This document shows, piece by piece, positions 1-9,880 of a stretch of 64,000 bases of DNA (the first letter of the stretch is position 1; each line of letters opens with the position of its first letter). The notes beneath the pieces were generated by a model, which was given only the letters and a program-made list of their open reading frames with translations, did no database searches and was not told the DNA's origin. The DNA is from Candidatus Latescibacterota bacterium (lineage in GTDB: Bacteria; Latescibacterota; UBA2968; UBA8231). Both the position numbers and the translations under genes were made by a program. The DNA is taken from assembly GCA_965242865.1 (NCBI GenBank), contig CBDETK010000013.1:896001-960000 (forward strand), in the 5' to 3' direction.

Positions 1-238
1 CATCGTGCCGCAAAACAGCTTCGCGGCGCGCAATGGATTCGAGGTCAACGTGGTCCTTGACGCGCTCGTAGGCGCTGATGGCTGCGGCCGGCACTTTGAG
101 GTTTAGGTCGCGCTGGGCTCTGAGAATGGCAATCCACAGGGTGCGCTCGAGGACGATGCGCCCGCGTTCAGACCACAGTTCTTGGATCGCCTCGCTGGCG
201 TAGCGTTGGGCGAGGACATTGGCAATGGCTGTAGGCAT
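1..238 (-). CDS. purB: Adenylosuccinate lyase, N-terminal part (runs off window)
   Basis: Manual translation from ATG 238: MPTAIANVLAQRYASEAIQELWSERGRIVLERTLWIAILRAQ...RREAVLRHD. Matches the PurB N-terminus (RYAS, RHD motifs). Not in ORF track. Confidence 0.85.
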   Translation of the reverse strand, partial: MPTAIANVLAQRYASEAIQELWSERGRIVLERTLWIAILRAQRDLNLKVPAAAISAYERVKDHVDLESIARREAVLRHD

Positions 239-284
239 GGCGTGCTTATCATAAGCATTGTGCATCCCCCACGCCACCAGCCCG

Positions 285-1781
285 TTAAATCAGCCCTAGC
301 CCCCGCCAATAGAGCAGGTTGAGCGGACAGAGTACGACCAAGGAGGCGGTGGAGATGAGGCCCTGGGCGAGGACGAGCTGCCGCATGGATAGCTGCCGAA
401 ACCCATAAGCCACCATGAACGGCGCCGACTGGTAGGGCAAAAAGGCCAAGGTGGTGGCCATGGCCACGCTGAATGCGGCCGGCAGCGGCGCAATTCCGTG
501 CTGGCCCCCGAGCTCCATCAGGGGAATGGTCGCCACACCGGCCACCGCGGCGACATCCATCAGGAAATTGAGCGGCAGGGCCGCCAAGCAAAGCGACAGG
601 TGCTTGCCCAGCCAGCCGTATTCCGCCAACGCCCAATACTCGCTGAAAGACCCGATGAACAGGTGGTTAAAGCCAACTTCGTCGAGGGCGTGGCCCAACG
701 CGAGCAGGGCGACGATGTACGCGAGCAGCGCGAACCGGACCTCGACTAAGTCGCCCAACCGGAGCGGCCCCCAGCGCGGCCAGACGAACAGCACCACCAA
801 GCCCAAGCCCACATAGACGGGTTGGATATGGTGCAGCAGGTCCGTGGCCCACAAGCCCACTCCCGCCAGCAGGATGGACAGGGTGCGCCGCTGGACGCGG
901 GTCAGGGGCGCGGGGCGCGGGGCAGCGGCCCACTCAATGCCGGGGCCGTTGAGGTGGCGGCCAAAGAGCAGCCAAATCGCCCCGAGCGATACCAAGGTGC
1001 GCAACAAGCCGATGATCGGAAACATCCAATACAGCCAAGTGGCCCAAAAGATGGGGTCGCCTTGGATCTTTTCGTATTGACCGGCCAAGACCAAGTTGGG
1101 CACGGACCCGGTCAACAGCCCACAACCGCCAAAGTAGGTGCTGCAAAGCAAGGAGAGCAGGACCGCGGCCTTTAGCTGCGGCGATGGCCCCCCGCGCAGG
1201 CGTGCGACGAGGGCCATGCCAATCGGCATCAGGAACAGGACGCGGATGACCCCCGATGGGATCAGGAAGGCCGTCACCAGCCCGATCAGATGCAGTTGGC
1301 CGAGCAGGAAAAAGGGGCGTTGCGACAGCCGGAACTCGAGCCAAGCTGCCAGCGCGTGGCCGAGGCCGGTTTTGGCCACCCCTAGGCTCAGGGCCATGCC
1401 GGCGAGGACGAGCCAGACCGTCTGGGAGGCCAAAGGAGCGAGGCTCTGCTCGAAACTCAGCAGGCCAACCGCGGGAAGCAGGAGGAGGACGCTGGCCGAA
1501 CTCAGCCCGATCGGGATGGGTTCAGTCGTCCAAAAAAACAGGGCAAACACGGCGATGCCGAGGGCGTTTTGCACCGGGCTGGGCAGCGCGGCCCAAGGAG
1601 CGGCCCAACCCAAAAGGAGGGCCGCGGTCCCCAACAGCAAGCCCACCCATTGCTTGGGTGCTAATTGGGGTCGGGTCGGAAAGAGTCGGCGGGACAAGGG
1701 ACCTTGAGGGGTTTGGGGTAGAGCACAAAATAAAACAGGCTCGGATTTTGCAAAGAGCGGCTCCAGCCTATTATTGTGCAT
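285..1781 (-). CDS. SLC13/DASS family anion transporter (start uncertain)
   Basis: Many hydrophobic TM segments; FWTTEPIP, LIPSG and LLTGSVPN motifs. Confidence 0.8.
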   Translation of the reverse strand: MHNNRLEPLFAKSEPVLFCALPQTPQGPLSRRLFPTRPQLAPKQWVGLLLGTAALLLGWAAPWAALPSPVQNALGIAVFALFFWTTEPIPIGLSSASVLLLLPAVGLLSFEQSLAPLASQTVWLVLAGMALSLGVAKTGLGHALAAWLEFRLSQRPFFLLGQLHLIGLVTAFLIPSGVIRVLFLMPIGMALVARLRGGPSPQLKAAVLLSLLCSTYFGGCGLLTGSVPNLVLAGQYEKIQGDPIFWATWLYWMFPIIGLLRTLVSLGAIWLLFGRHLNGPGIEWAAAPRPAPLTRVQRRTLSILLAGVGLWATDLLHHIQPVYVGLGLVVLFVWPRWGPLRLGDLVEVRFALLAYIVALLALGHALDEVGFNHLFIGSFSEYWALAEYGWLGKHLSLCLAALPLNFLMDVAAVAGVATIPLMELGGQHGIAPLPAAFSVAMATTLAFLPYQSAPFMVAYGFRQLSMRQLVLAQGLISTASLVVLCPLNLLYWRGLGLI

Positions 1782-1806
1782 AGAGGAAGAGGGAGGATAG
1801 CGTGCC

Positions 1807-3231
1807 ATGGCTCAACTAAAGTCAATTCGCCTGCGCTTGGACAAGCCCTTGACCGGGCCGTACGACCGGCTTTTGCGCCGCCCCGGCCCGGAAGTCGCCG
1901 CGCTGGCCGCGGGCGAAACCATGGCGATCGTGCGCGGCACGCGCCTGCTGAAGGCCATGCCCTTGTGGGAAAGCGAGATCGCGTGTTATCGCCCCCAAGG
2001 GAAGCGGCGCAGCAAGTGGACGCCGGAAGAGTTTAGCAACGCCGAGCGAGCCGCGGGCTGGGCCGAGAAGGGGCGGGTAGATGCGCTGGCCGTGCCCGTC
2101 GGCTACTTCAAGCTGCCCAATGCCGCTTGGGTCAGCGCGCTGGCCGCCGAACTGACGCCGTGGACCGCCCCAGCGGTCGAAGCGTGGCGGGCGGGGATTA
2201 AGGGGGATATTTGGCTGACCGTGCTGCGGGTGCATCGCTGCGCGCCTGTCCAACCGGAATTGTTGCGGCCAACCGCCTCGCATCTTCGCGTTAGGCCCTT
2301 TGAGGTGGGGCCGTTGCAACCCGTCGTTTTAGAACGCGAGTTTGAGCAGCGCATGGACCAGATCCAAGAGGCCGTAGAACGGCATGCGCGCGGCCGCGCC
2401 CGGGCGAGCGAGTGCTACGACGCCTCGATGTTCACTGCGGAGACCGGGTACAACGCCGACCAGCTAACGGACTGGGTGGCCCAATGGCGGCGCAAGCAGC
2501 AGCTCATCCTGTACGGCCCGCCCGGCACCGGCAAGACGTACTTGGCCGAGCGGTTGGCGCGCTATCTGGTGGCTGGCGGCGGTTTTAGCCAACTCGTGCA
2601 ATTCCACGCCTCGTACGCGTACGAGGATTTTGTCCAAGGGATTCGGCCGCAGGTCGTAGAGGGCGCGTTGCACTACGAATTGGCGGCCGGGCACTTTCTG
2701 CGGTTTTGCACCAAGGCCCACCAAGCCGGCGACAAGCCCTGTGTGCTGATCATCGACGAAGTCAATCGCGCCAATCTGGCGCGCGTTTTTGGCGAGCTCA
2801 TGTACCTCTTGGAATATCGCCATCGCCCGCTCGCGTTGGCCGCGGGCGGAGCCGAGTTTTCCATTCCCGCCAACGTCTATCTCATCGGCACCATGAACAC
2901 GGCCGACCGGTCGATTGCCTTAGTCGATCAAGCCATGCGGCGGCGGTTCAGTTTTATCCGCTTGCGGCCCAACTATTTGCTTTTGGCCAATTATCTCGAC
3001 GACCAAGGCGTCCCCCCACAGCCGTTGGTCGCGCTCCTAAAGGAAGTAAACCAAGCCATTGGGGATGAGGACTGCGCGTTGGGCATTTCCTTCTTCATGA
3101 TCGATGACCTCGCAACCGCGCTGGCGCACGTTTGGCAAGGCGAGGTCGAGCCGTATCTCGAAGAGGTGTTTTTCGACCGCCCGGACCAGATGGCGCGCTT
3201 TCGCTGGGCCAAGGTGGCCGGGCGGTTTTAG
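1807..3231 (+). CDS. mcrB: McrB-family AAA+ GTPase (type IV restriction) with atypical N-terminal domain
   Basis: GPPGTGKT, QFHASYAYEDFVQG, IIDEVNRANLARVFGEL, GTMNTADRS signature. Confidence 0.9.
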   Translation: MAQLKSIRLRLDKPLTGPYDRLLRRPGPEVAALAAGETMAIVRGTRLLKAMPLWESEIACYRPQGKRRSKWTPEEFSNAERAAGWAEKGRVDALAVPVGYFKLPNAAWVSALAAELTPWTAPAVEAWRAGIKGDIWLTVLRVHRCAPVQPELLRPTASHLRVRPFEVGPLQPVVLEREFEQRMDQIQEAVERHARGRARASECYDASMFTAETGYNADQLTDWVAQWRRKQQLILYGPPGTGKTYLAERLARYLVAGGGFSQLVQFHASYAYEDFVQGIRPQVVEGALHYELAAGHFLRFCTKAHQAGDKPCVLIIDEVNRANLARVFGELMYLLEYRHRPLALAAGGAEFSIPANVYLIGTMNTADRSIALVDQAMRRRFSFIRLRPNYLLLANYLDDQGVPPQPLVALLKEVNQAIGDEDCALGISFFMIDDLATALAHVWQGEVEPYLEEVFFDRPDQMARFRWAKVAGRF

Positions 3232-3239
3232 GAGTAAGC

Positions 3240-4400
3240 GTGCGACGCTACGCGCTGGTCGAAGAGGAAGTCGCTGCGATTCCAGCGGCCGAGCTGGCGG
3301 TCGAACAGGCCCTGCACCTGCACGCCCAATACCCCAAAGAGCTGGAGCTCGGCTTTCCCAGCCCGCTCAATGGCCGGTGTTATCAAATCCGGTCGCGGGG
3401 CTATGTCGGCGTGGTGCCATTGGGCGCGGAGGCCGCCTTGGAGATCAATCCCAAAATACGCTGCTCCCTGCTCCTGCCCATGCTGGAGTACGCCTATCAG
3501 TTGCCCAAGATCAGTGCCCACAAGGCGCCGGCCACGATGGGGGATATTTACGAGTTTTGGGCCGAGGTCTTGGCGCGCCAAGTTTTGCAGCGGGTGCGGC
3601 GCGGGCTGTTTTGGGATTACCAAACCCGCGAAGGGTCGAGCCGGTGGGTGCGGGGGCGCATGTACCCCGAGCGGAGTGGCTTGGGAATCCACCCCTACTG
3701 CCGGTTTGCAGAACACACGCCCGATATCATGGACAACCGCATCTTGGCCAGCGCATTGCACGGCCTGCGGCGCTTTGCCTTTCGCCGCGAAAGCATTCGG
3801 CAGATGGTCGGCCGCGCTTGGGGGGCGCTGAGCGAGCTAAACTACCGCCCCATTCGCCCGGCCGATTGCCTCGGCGTACCGTACCACCGGCTAAACGAGG
3901 ACTACCGCCCCATGCATGCGCTGTGCTACCCCTTGCTCCAACAGCGGAGTCCGGCTTGGGGGCTGGGGGCCGAGGAAGGGCCGGCGTATCTGCTGCACAT
4001 GCCGACCTTGTTCGAGCGGTTTTGCACGGCCTTTATCGACCACAAGCTCAAGCACCAGGTCGAACTAAAGGCCCAGTATCACACGCGCCTCAAGGGCGCC
4101 AAGCGGCTTTCCTTCCGCTTGGACATGGCCCTGTTTTCAGCGGCCACCGGGCAGCCGCTGGCGGTAATTGATGCAAAGTACAAGGCCGACGGTCCCGTAG
4201 AAAGCGACGTGCAGCAGGTGGTGGCCTACGCAGTGCAGCTCGGGACGCAGCGGGCCTTTTTGCTCTATCCCAACCGCGATAGGGACGAGCAATTTGAGGT
4301 CGGCCCGGTGGCCGTGCAGACGCTGGGGTACGATCTCGAAGCGGACGATCTGGAAGAAGCGGGCGAGTTCGTGATCTGCAGCTTAGAAAACGCCATATAA
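3240..4400 (+). CDS. mcrC: McrC-family PD-(D/E)xK nuclease subunit
   Basis: GTG 3240 after AGGAG; GYVGVV, INPKI, LFERF, RLDM...VIDAKYK, DVQQVVAY; follows mcrB. Confidence 0.88.
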   Translation: MRRYALVEEEVAAIPAAELAVEQALHLHAQYPKELELGFPSPLNGRCYQIRSRGYVGVVPLGAEAALEINPKIRCSLLLPMLEYAYQLPKISAHKAPATMGDIYEFWAEVLARQVLQRVRRGLFWDYQTREGSSRWVRGRMYPERSGLGIHPYCRFAEHTPDIMDNRILASALHGLRRFAFRRESIRQMVGRAWGALSELNYRPIRPADCLGVPYHRLNEDYRPMHALCYPLLQQRSPAWGLGAEEGPAYLLHMPTLFERFCTAFIDHKLKHQVELKAQYHTRLKGAKRLSFRLDMALFSAATGQPLAVIDAKYKADGPVESDVQQVVAYAVQLGTQRAFLLYPNRDRDEQFEVGPVAVQTLGYDLEADDLEEAGEFVICSLENAI

Positions 4401-4417
4401 AGATTTTTATGTAAATA
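4390..4417 (+). repeat. dif-like site A: ACGCCATATAA-AGATTT-TTATGTAAATA
   Basis: 11-6-11 layout with ATAA-N6-TTATGTAAA core; contains mcrC stop codon. Confidence 0.7.
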
Positions 4418-4436
4418 AAACCAAAATCATCTAAAA

Positions 4437-4463
4437 CTGGATTCCCGCGTTCGCGGGAATGAC
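4437..4463. repeat. REP/dRS3-like palindrome CTGGATTCCCGCGTTCGCGGGAATGAC
   Basis: ATTCCC-N8-GGGAAT hairpin; copies at 26405, 37821, 37861. Confidence 0.85.
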
Positions 4464-4525
4464 ATAAGTAGAAAAGACCGTGCCGACTTAAAAGGAATCG
4501 GCGACATACAAATGACACAAAAAAT

Positions 4526-5779
4526 TTAAGACTCAACCAAGAACAAACTCAAATCAGCCCAGTACGTAATCACGACCAAGCAAGCTAACAAAATGAACAG
4601 AAAGGGCAGGGAGACCCGGTAGAGCCGATGGACGGGTTGTTCAAAGCGAATGCTGGCAATAAAGAGGTTGAGGCCAACCGGCGGCGTTGAGTAGCCGATT
4701 TCCAAGTTGGTTAAAAAGATGATCCCGAGGTGAATGGGGTGAACGTCGTATGCCGCGGCAATGGGCAAAATTAGGGGCACGACGATGAGCAGGGCCGAGA
4801 ACATGTCGATCATGCAGCCAACCGCTAGCAGAAATACATTGAGGAGAATCAAGAACAGCAGACGGCTGCTGATGTGAGCCTCGATGTACGCGAGTAAGCG
4901 CGTTGGAATTTCTGCATCGACGAGGTAATTGGTGTAAGCCATGGCCGCGGCCAAGACCACGAAAATTCCGCCGACCAGCACCATGCTGTCGCAGATGATT
5001 TTGGGCAGTTGCCGGATGGATACCCCGCGGCGGATTAGCACCGCCACCACCAAAGCGTACAGGGTGCTCAGGGCCGCGGCCTCGCTGACGGCGATGAACC
5101 CTCCGTAGATCCCCCCGAAGATCACCACCGGCAACAAAAGCTCCCAACTACAAGCGACAAAGGTCTGCGGCAATTGACGCCAGCCGATGGAGTGCTGGGG
5201 GGCCGGGCACCGCCGACCTTGGAACAAGCTGTAGCCAGACAAGGCTCCCACCAAGAGCAAGCCCGGGGCAATGCCGGCGATAAAAAGCTGATCGACCGGC
5301 GTCTCGGATACGATGCCGTAGATGATCAGGGGCAAGCTGGGCGGAAAGAGCAAGCCCAAGCTGCCCGAGGTGGTAATCAGGCCGAGCGAAAACGAATCGG
5401 GCAGACGCTGTTGTCGCAGCGCGGGCAACAGCAACCCACCGAGCGCGACAATGGTCATCCCGGACGCGCCGGTCAACGCCGTGAAGAGGGCGCAGACGAC
5501 AATGGCCATGATGGCCAGCCCCCCGGGCAGCCAGCCGAGCAAGGCTTGCGAAAAGCGCACGAGCCGGGCGGGGGCGCCGCTTTCGGCGAGGAGAAAGCCC
5601 GTCAGGGCGAAGAGCGGAATAGCCGTTAAGGTCGGCGTTTCGGCTATCCGGTACATCTCGATGAAAACGACGGTTAAATCGATCTCGGCGAGGGAAAAGT
5701 GCAAAAGGGCCAGCGCGCTGATGACCACAAAGAGCGGGACCCCGGCCAGGGCGGCGAGGGCGGCGAGGAGGCTGCTCAC
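4526..5779 (-). CDS. TRAP transporter large permease (DctM family)
   Basis: LTAIPLF, GSLGLLFPPS, TPPVGLNLF; GTG start overlaps the DctQ stop. Confidence 0.92.
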   Translation of the reverse strand: MSSLLAALAALAGVPLFVVISALALLHFSLAEIDLTVVFIEMYRIAETPTLTAIPLFALTGFLLAESGAPARLVRFSQALLGWLPGGLAIMAIVVCALFTALTGASGMTIVALGGLLLPALRQQRLPDSFSLGLITTSGSLGLLFPPSLPLIIYGIVSETPVDQLFIAGIAPGLLLVGALSGYSLFQGRRCPAPQHSIGWRQLPQTFVACSWELLLPVVIFGGIYGGFIAVSEAAALSTLYALVVAVLIRRGVSIRQLPKIICDSMVLVGGIFVVLAAAMAYTNYLVDAEIPTRLLAYIEAHISSRLLFLILLNVFLLAVGCMIDMFSALLIVVPLILPIAAAYDVHPIHLGIIFLTNLEIGYSTPPVGLNLFIASIRFEQPVHRLYRVSLPFLFILLACLVVITYWADLSLFLVES

Positions 5780-6249
5780 GGGGCCGCGGGGGCGCGGAGG
5801 CGTCGCCCGCCCTGCAAGAGGAAGCGCAGCCCCATCAGGCCAAAGACCAGGGGAAAGCACAGCTGGGCGACCCAAGCGGGAACCGCAAAGAAAGCCGTGG
5901 TGCCAAATGCGCGTTCATCGAGCACAAAGCCCCCGGCGATATAGGCTAGATAGGCGCAAAGCGCGGCGGCAAAACAGTCCGCGCAACCCAAGGCGATGGC
6001 TCGCACCCGGGCGGGCAGCAGGCGCAAGGCCGCGTCAATGCGGATGTGTTTGTCGAGCCGGGTGGCCACCAAAGCACCGACCAGCCCAATCCACAACACG
6101 AGGTGCCGCACGAGGCTTTCGCTGCCCAAGAAGGTGATGGAGAACAGGTTGCGCATGAGAATCTGCCCGCAGGTCAGCGCCAGCAGGCAGGCGACCAACA
6201 GGACGAGGAAGCCGATCTCGAGCCGGTGGAGGACGCGCTGGACGCTCAA
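5776..6249 (-). CDS. TRAP transporter small permease (DctQ family)
   Basis: 4 TM, KHIRID motif; probable TTG start overlaps the DctP stop. Confidence 0.85.
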   Translation of the reverse strand: MSVQRVLHRLEIGFLVLLVACLLALTCGQILMRNLFSITFLGSESLVRHLVLWIGLVGALVATRLDKHIRIDAALRLLPARVRAIALGCADCFAAALCAYLAYIAGGFVLDERAFGTTAFFAVPAWVAQLCFPLVFGLMGLRFLLQGGRRLRAPAAP

Positions 6250-7250
6250 GGGGCCGTCCGGCAGGCTTGGAGGTGGCGCGCTATTTGTGCGTGGGCTGCT
6301 TGGGAAAAGGCGCGCCCCACGAGCTCGGCTTCGGCGCGGGCGACGAGGTGCTTGAAGGCCTCTACGTCTTTGGGGCGTACCTCGACCAACGACAGGCCGT
6401 TGTCCTGCAACACGGCCATGGCCTCGTCGTTTTCGCGGCGGTTTTGTTGTCTCAAGGCGACGAGGTGCTGCTGGGCGATGCGGTGGATGGCTTGGCGATC
6501 GCCTGCGGGAATTTTGGCGAAAGCTCGCTTGTCGAGCAAGAGCGCGCCTAAGGCGTAGTTGATGGGAAGTTGGGTGACGTATTTTGTATGGGTAAACCAC
6601 TGGAGGACGATGGTCACCGACGGCGAGGCGTACACCGCATCGATTAGGTTGGCCTGCAACCCGAGGAGCACATCCGGGATGCTCAGGGGAACCGAAGTGA
6701 CGCCGGCCAACCGGAAGAGCACCGAGGTCAGCGGTTCATCGGGTAGCTGCCATACCTTTTGGGCGCGCAGGTCCTCGACGGACGCTACGGGTTGCTGCGA
6801 GAGGATGTGGACAAAGCCGATGTCGGTCCAACCGAGAAAGACATAGTCGCGTTTTTCGTATCCCTGCCGGTAAAAGGCGTCCATTTGCTCTAGTACGCAA
6901 TCGACCTCGGCATAGCTGTCGAAGAGGAAGGGCATTTCCAGCGCGAGGACGTCGGGCAGGGTTTGGCTGATGCCTTGGCCGCCAAAGTTCCCGCCGTGGA
7001 GTTGGCCGATGCGCATCTTGCGCAAGACGACTTTTTCGTCGCCGTGGACGCCGCCGGGATAGATTTTGAACCCCACGTTGCCGGCCGTCTCCCGCCGTAT
7101 ATCTGCGTCCATGGTGCGGAGCACCTTGGCCCAACTGCTTCCTTCCGGGGCGAGAGTCGCAATTTTGAGGAGGTGATTGGGTTGGGGTTGGGCCGCAACC
7201 GAGCTGGCGACGAGCGCGGCCACCGCAAAAAGCCCCTTAAAAGAAGTCAT
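6246..7250 (-). CDS. TRAP substrate-binding protein (DctP/TatP family)
   Basis: Signal peptide; KIATLAPEGSSW, IYPGGVHGDE, KMRIGQL. Confidence 0.9.
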   Translation of the reverse strand: MTSFKGLFAVAALVASSVAAQPQPNHLLKIATLAPEGSSWAKVLRTMDADIRRETAGNVGFKIYPGGVHGDEKVVLRKMRIGQLHGGNFGGQGISQTLPDVLALEMPFLFDSYAEVDCVLEQMDAFYRQGYEKRDYVFLGWTDIGFVHILSQQPVASVEDLRAQKVWQLPDEPLTSVLFRLAGVTSVPLSIPDVLLGLQANLIDAVYASPSVTIVLQWFTHTKYVTQLPINYALGALLLDKRAFAKIPAGDRQAIHRIAQQHLVALRQQNRRENDEAMAVLQDNGLSLVEVRPKDVEAFKHLVARAEAELVGRAFSQAAHAQIARHLQACRTAP

Positions 7251-8112
7251 CGGCTTGGTCCAGCAGGATCTGCGCCTGTCTTTGGGCGGCGATGTTTTGC
7301 AAGGTAAGCTCCGGTACGGCGTCCGCCGGTTGGGTTAGGGCTTGGTTGAGCAGGGATTCGTAGAGCGCGCGGTCAAAAGTGCTCCGAGCGTAGAATTTGG
7401 CCTTGGCTACGTACACCATGAGCACCTGTCCTTGGCTGATAGCTACGGCTCGGTCGAAATGCGCGGCCGCCTTTGCCGGGTCGCCGCCCAACATCGGCGG
7501 CAGGGCTGCGTAATAGGAGCCCAAGAAGACATGGGAACTCCCGTATTGAAAAGTCTCGTCTTGGGCCACGATCCACTGCATGAGGTTAATCACTTTGGGC
7601 AATTCGGCCAGTGCCGCCATGGATTCGGTATTGGCGCTGATCCAAGCACCCCAACTCGAAGCCGCCCAAAACGCGACCGGCAGATCGTCGGCTTCTAGAT
7701 CGTCGGTGACGCGGACAAATTCGGCATAAGGGGCTTGGAGCAAATCGGGTTGACTCAGGCGCAGCGCCAGCGCTTTGAGGCCGTTTACCTTGCCCCGGTG
7801 GTACAGGTGCTTGGCTCGCTGGGGATCGCTGACTTCGACCAAGGTGGCGTAGGAAGTATAGATTTCAGAGGCACTTAAGAGCAGTTGCGGGTCTTGGGGA
7901 TTGGCCACCAGCAGCCCCTCTAACAAGAGCAGGAAGGTCGGTATGCCCGCGGCGACTAAGTCCAAGTCGTCGTGGCGGGCGGTGGCCGCGCTGACGTCCT
8001 CTATCAGCGACCCCACCAACGCAGACTGCAACCTAGCGGCGCACCCCAGCGGGCCCAAGGCGAGGACCGCCAGCAAGATCGCCGTCAAAATGCGACGCCG
8101 GCTAGGACGCAC
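7237..8112 (-). CDS. TRAP transporter TatT component (TPR-like lipoprotein)
   Basis: Lipobox PLGC; YYAALPPMLGGDP..A..HF motif; upstream of dctPQM; start approximate. Confidence 0.82.
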   Translation of the reverse strand: MRPSRRRILTAILLAVLALGPLGCAARLQSALVGSLIEDVSAATARHDDLDLVAAGIPTFLLLLEGLLVANPQDPQLLLSASEIYTSYATLVEVSDPQRAKHLYHRGKVNGLKALALRLSQPDLLQAPYAEFVRVTDDLEADDLPVAFWAASSWGAWISANTESMAALAELPKVINLMQWIVAQDETFQYGSSHVFLGSYYAALPPMLGGDPAKAAAHFDRAVAISQGQVLMVYVAKAKFYARSTFDRALYESLLNQALTQPADAVPELTLQNIAAQRQAQILLDQADDFF

Positions 8113-9163
8113 GGCTCGCCTCCTCGGCCTTGATGGTGACGCGCAGGCACTGCCAAGGAGCGTCCTCTTCAGCGCAGGTGGCAAACATGTCCAAGGCACT
8201 GGCCAAGTCCTCGTCGCAGGCGCGATAAACAGCGGCAAAGAGCGCTAGATTGGCATTGTAGCGGCGATAAGACAAGAGCCGGGCATTGTTTAGCTCCCAC
8301 TCGAGGAACCCAGCGTAGCGGTTGTGGGTAAACTGCGCCTGAATGAGGGCGAAAGCGCGCTGACGCTGGGCAAAAACGACCTGCCGCTCGCGCAGTACCG
8401 CGCTGCGGGGCAAGCCCAGCGAGTAGAGGCTGTCGAGGGCCGCGACGGTCTCGGCCATGAAGTGCCGAAAGAGGGCCGCGTCCGCTCGGCGCGCTTGGGC
8501 CTGTTGCAAGAGCGGGGTATTGGGGCCGAAGTGCTGCGCCAAGAAGAGCAAGGCACCTTGGCGGCCGACGAAGGTCGCCAAGCTCTCGTTAAAATCGGTC
8601 TGACCGGGGGCATAGACGCGGGCGTGCGTCAGCTCGTGGAGGATCAAATCGGCCAGCTGGTCGGGCGCGTAGCCGAGCATTGAACTGAGAATTGGATCGG
8701 AGAAAAAGCCCAAGGTGCTGTAGGCACTGACCGGGCGGACCATGGCGTCGTACCCCTCGGCCGCGAGGGCAGCGCGCTCGGCGTCGGCCCAATCGCGGCG
8801 AAAGAACCCTTTGTAGGGGACCGCGCCGACGATCGGAAAATCCCAAGTGTAGGGGACGAAGCGGTCGGGCGGGCAAGCACTGACGTTCCAACTGATCGGG
8901 CCGCCCCCCGTATCGTAGAAGGTCGTGTACTGATCGTCGGGTTGCAGCCCCACGCTTTCGGCATAGCTGAGAACGGCTTGGATTAGCTCCAGTTGCGTCC
9001 GGGTGGGTTCGGCTAAGTCGGAGCGGGCGAGGAGGGCTTGGACGGGTAGGCGCTTGGACAGGACGCGGCTTTGGCCGCGGGCGAGATGCCAGTAGTAATT
9101 GAGATTGCAGCCCCAGCCGCCCAATAGGCTAAGCCCGATGAGAACTCGGTATAGACAAGTCAT
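8102..9163 (-). CDS. Putative zinc aminopeptidase lipoprotein
   Basis: GWGC lipobox, AYSTLGFFSDP, HELTH...FNESLA zincin motif. Confidence 0.8.
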   Translation of the reverse strand: MTCLYRVLIGLSLLGGWGCNLNYYWHLARGQSRVLSKRLPVQALLARSDLAEPTRTQLELIQAVLSYAESVGLQPDDQYTTFYDTGGGPISWNVSACPPDRFVPYTWDFPIVGAVPYKGFFRRDWADAERAALAAEGYDAMVRPVSAYSTLGFFSDPILSSMLGYAPDQLADLILHELTHARVYAPGQTDFNESLATFVGRQGALLFLAQHFGPNTPLLQQAQARRADAALFRHFMAETVAALDSLYSLGLPRSAVLRERQVVFAQRQRAFALIQAQFTHNRYAGFLEWELNNARLLSYRRYNANLALFAAVYRACDEDLASALDMFATCAEEDAPWQCLRVTIKAEEASRAS

Positions 9164-9198
9164 CTAGTCGGAGCACGGCTGGCAACCGCTTGCGGCCC

Positions 9199-9681
9199 TC
9201 AAGAGCGGACGATCTTTTCTCCATCGAAGATCACGTTGCCCTCTTTGTCGAGGACGCGGCCGTCGCTGGTAAACTCGTACTTCATGGATTGACCCAAGGT
9301 CAGGTGGCGCTGTACTTCCTCTAAGTCTTGGTATTTCTCGATTAGCTTTTCAATCGGCCCCTCAAACGAAGTCTGCTGCCACTTGGGCCGGTCCTTGTTG
9401 TGGGCCGCCCGCTCTTCGGCCGTCATAATGGGCAGACGCTCGGCCGCGGGGGTGAACCGCCCAGCCATGGCCTGTTGGCGGCGGTATTTCTCGTGGCGCT
9501 TTTCCGATTCGGTCAGCATTTCCTCGGGCATGGCCTCGAAGCTGGTGTCTTGGTCGCCTCCTTGTTCCCGGCGCTTTTGCTGCTCTTCTTGGACCTCGCG
9601 CGCCAGGCGCTGTTGACGCTCGTGGTCCAAGCTATTGTCGGTGCCTAATCTCCTCAGTACATGTCGCGCGGCCTTGTTCAT
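9199..9681 (-). CDS. Hypothetical charged protein
   Basis: 160-aa ORF with G-rich RBS-like sequence upstream; no family recognised. Confidence 0.55.
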   Translation of the reverse strand: MNKAARHVLRRLGTDNSLDHERQQRLAREVQEEQQKRREQGGDQDTSFEAMPEEMLTESEKRHEKYRRQQAMAGRFTPAAERLPIMTAEERAAHNKDRPKWQQTSFEGPIEKLIEKYQDLEEVQRHLTLGQSMKYEFTSDGRVLDKEGNVIFDGEKIVRS

Positions 9682-9880
9682 AGCGAATGGGCTACCCCCT
9701 GAAAATTGCGTGGAAGGTGTTCAAAATTGGCTAGCGATAAATATAAAGGGGGCGGGTGATTTGGCAAATCCAAATCCCCTTAGTTATTATAGATAGGCAG
9801 TAGCAGATGCTCTCGATGCCGAGGTACTAGTGCTAAGGCTAAGGCAGTCGAGATTTAACTTTTTGGTATGGAGATATAGG

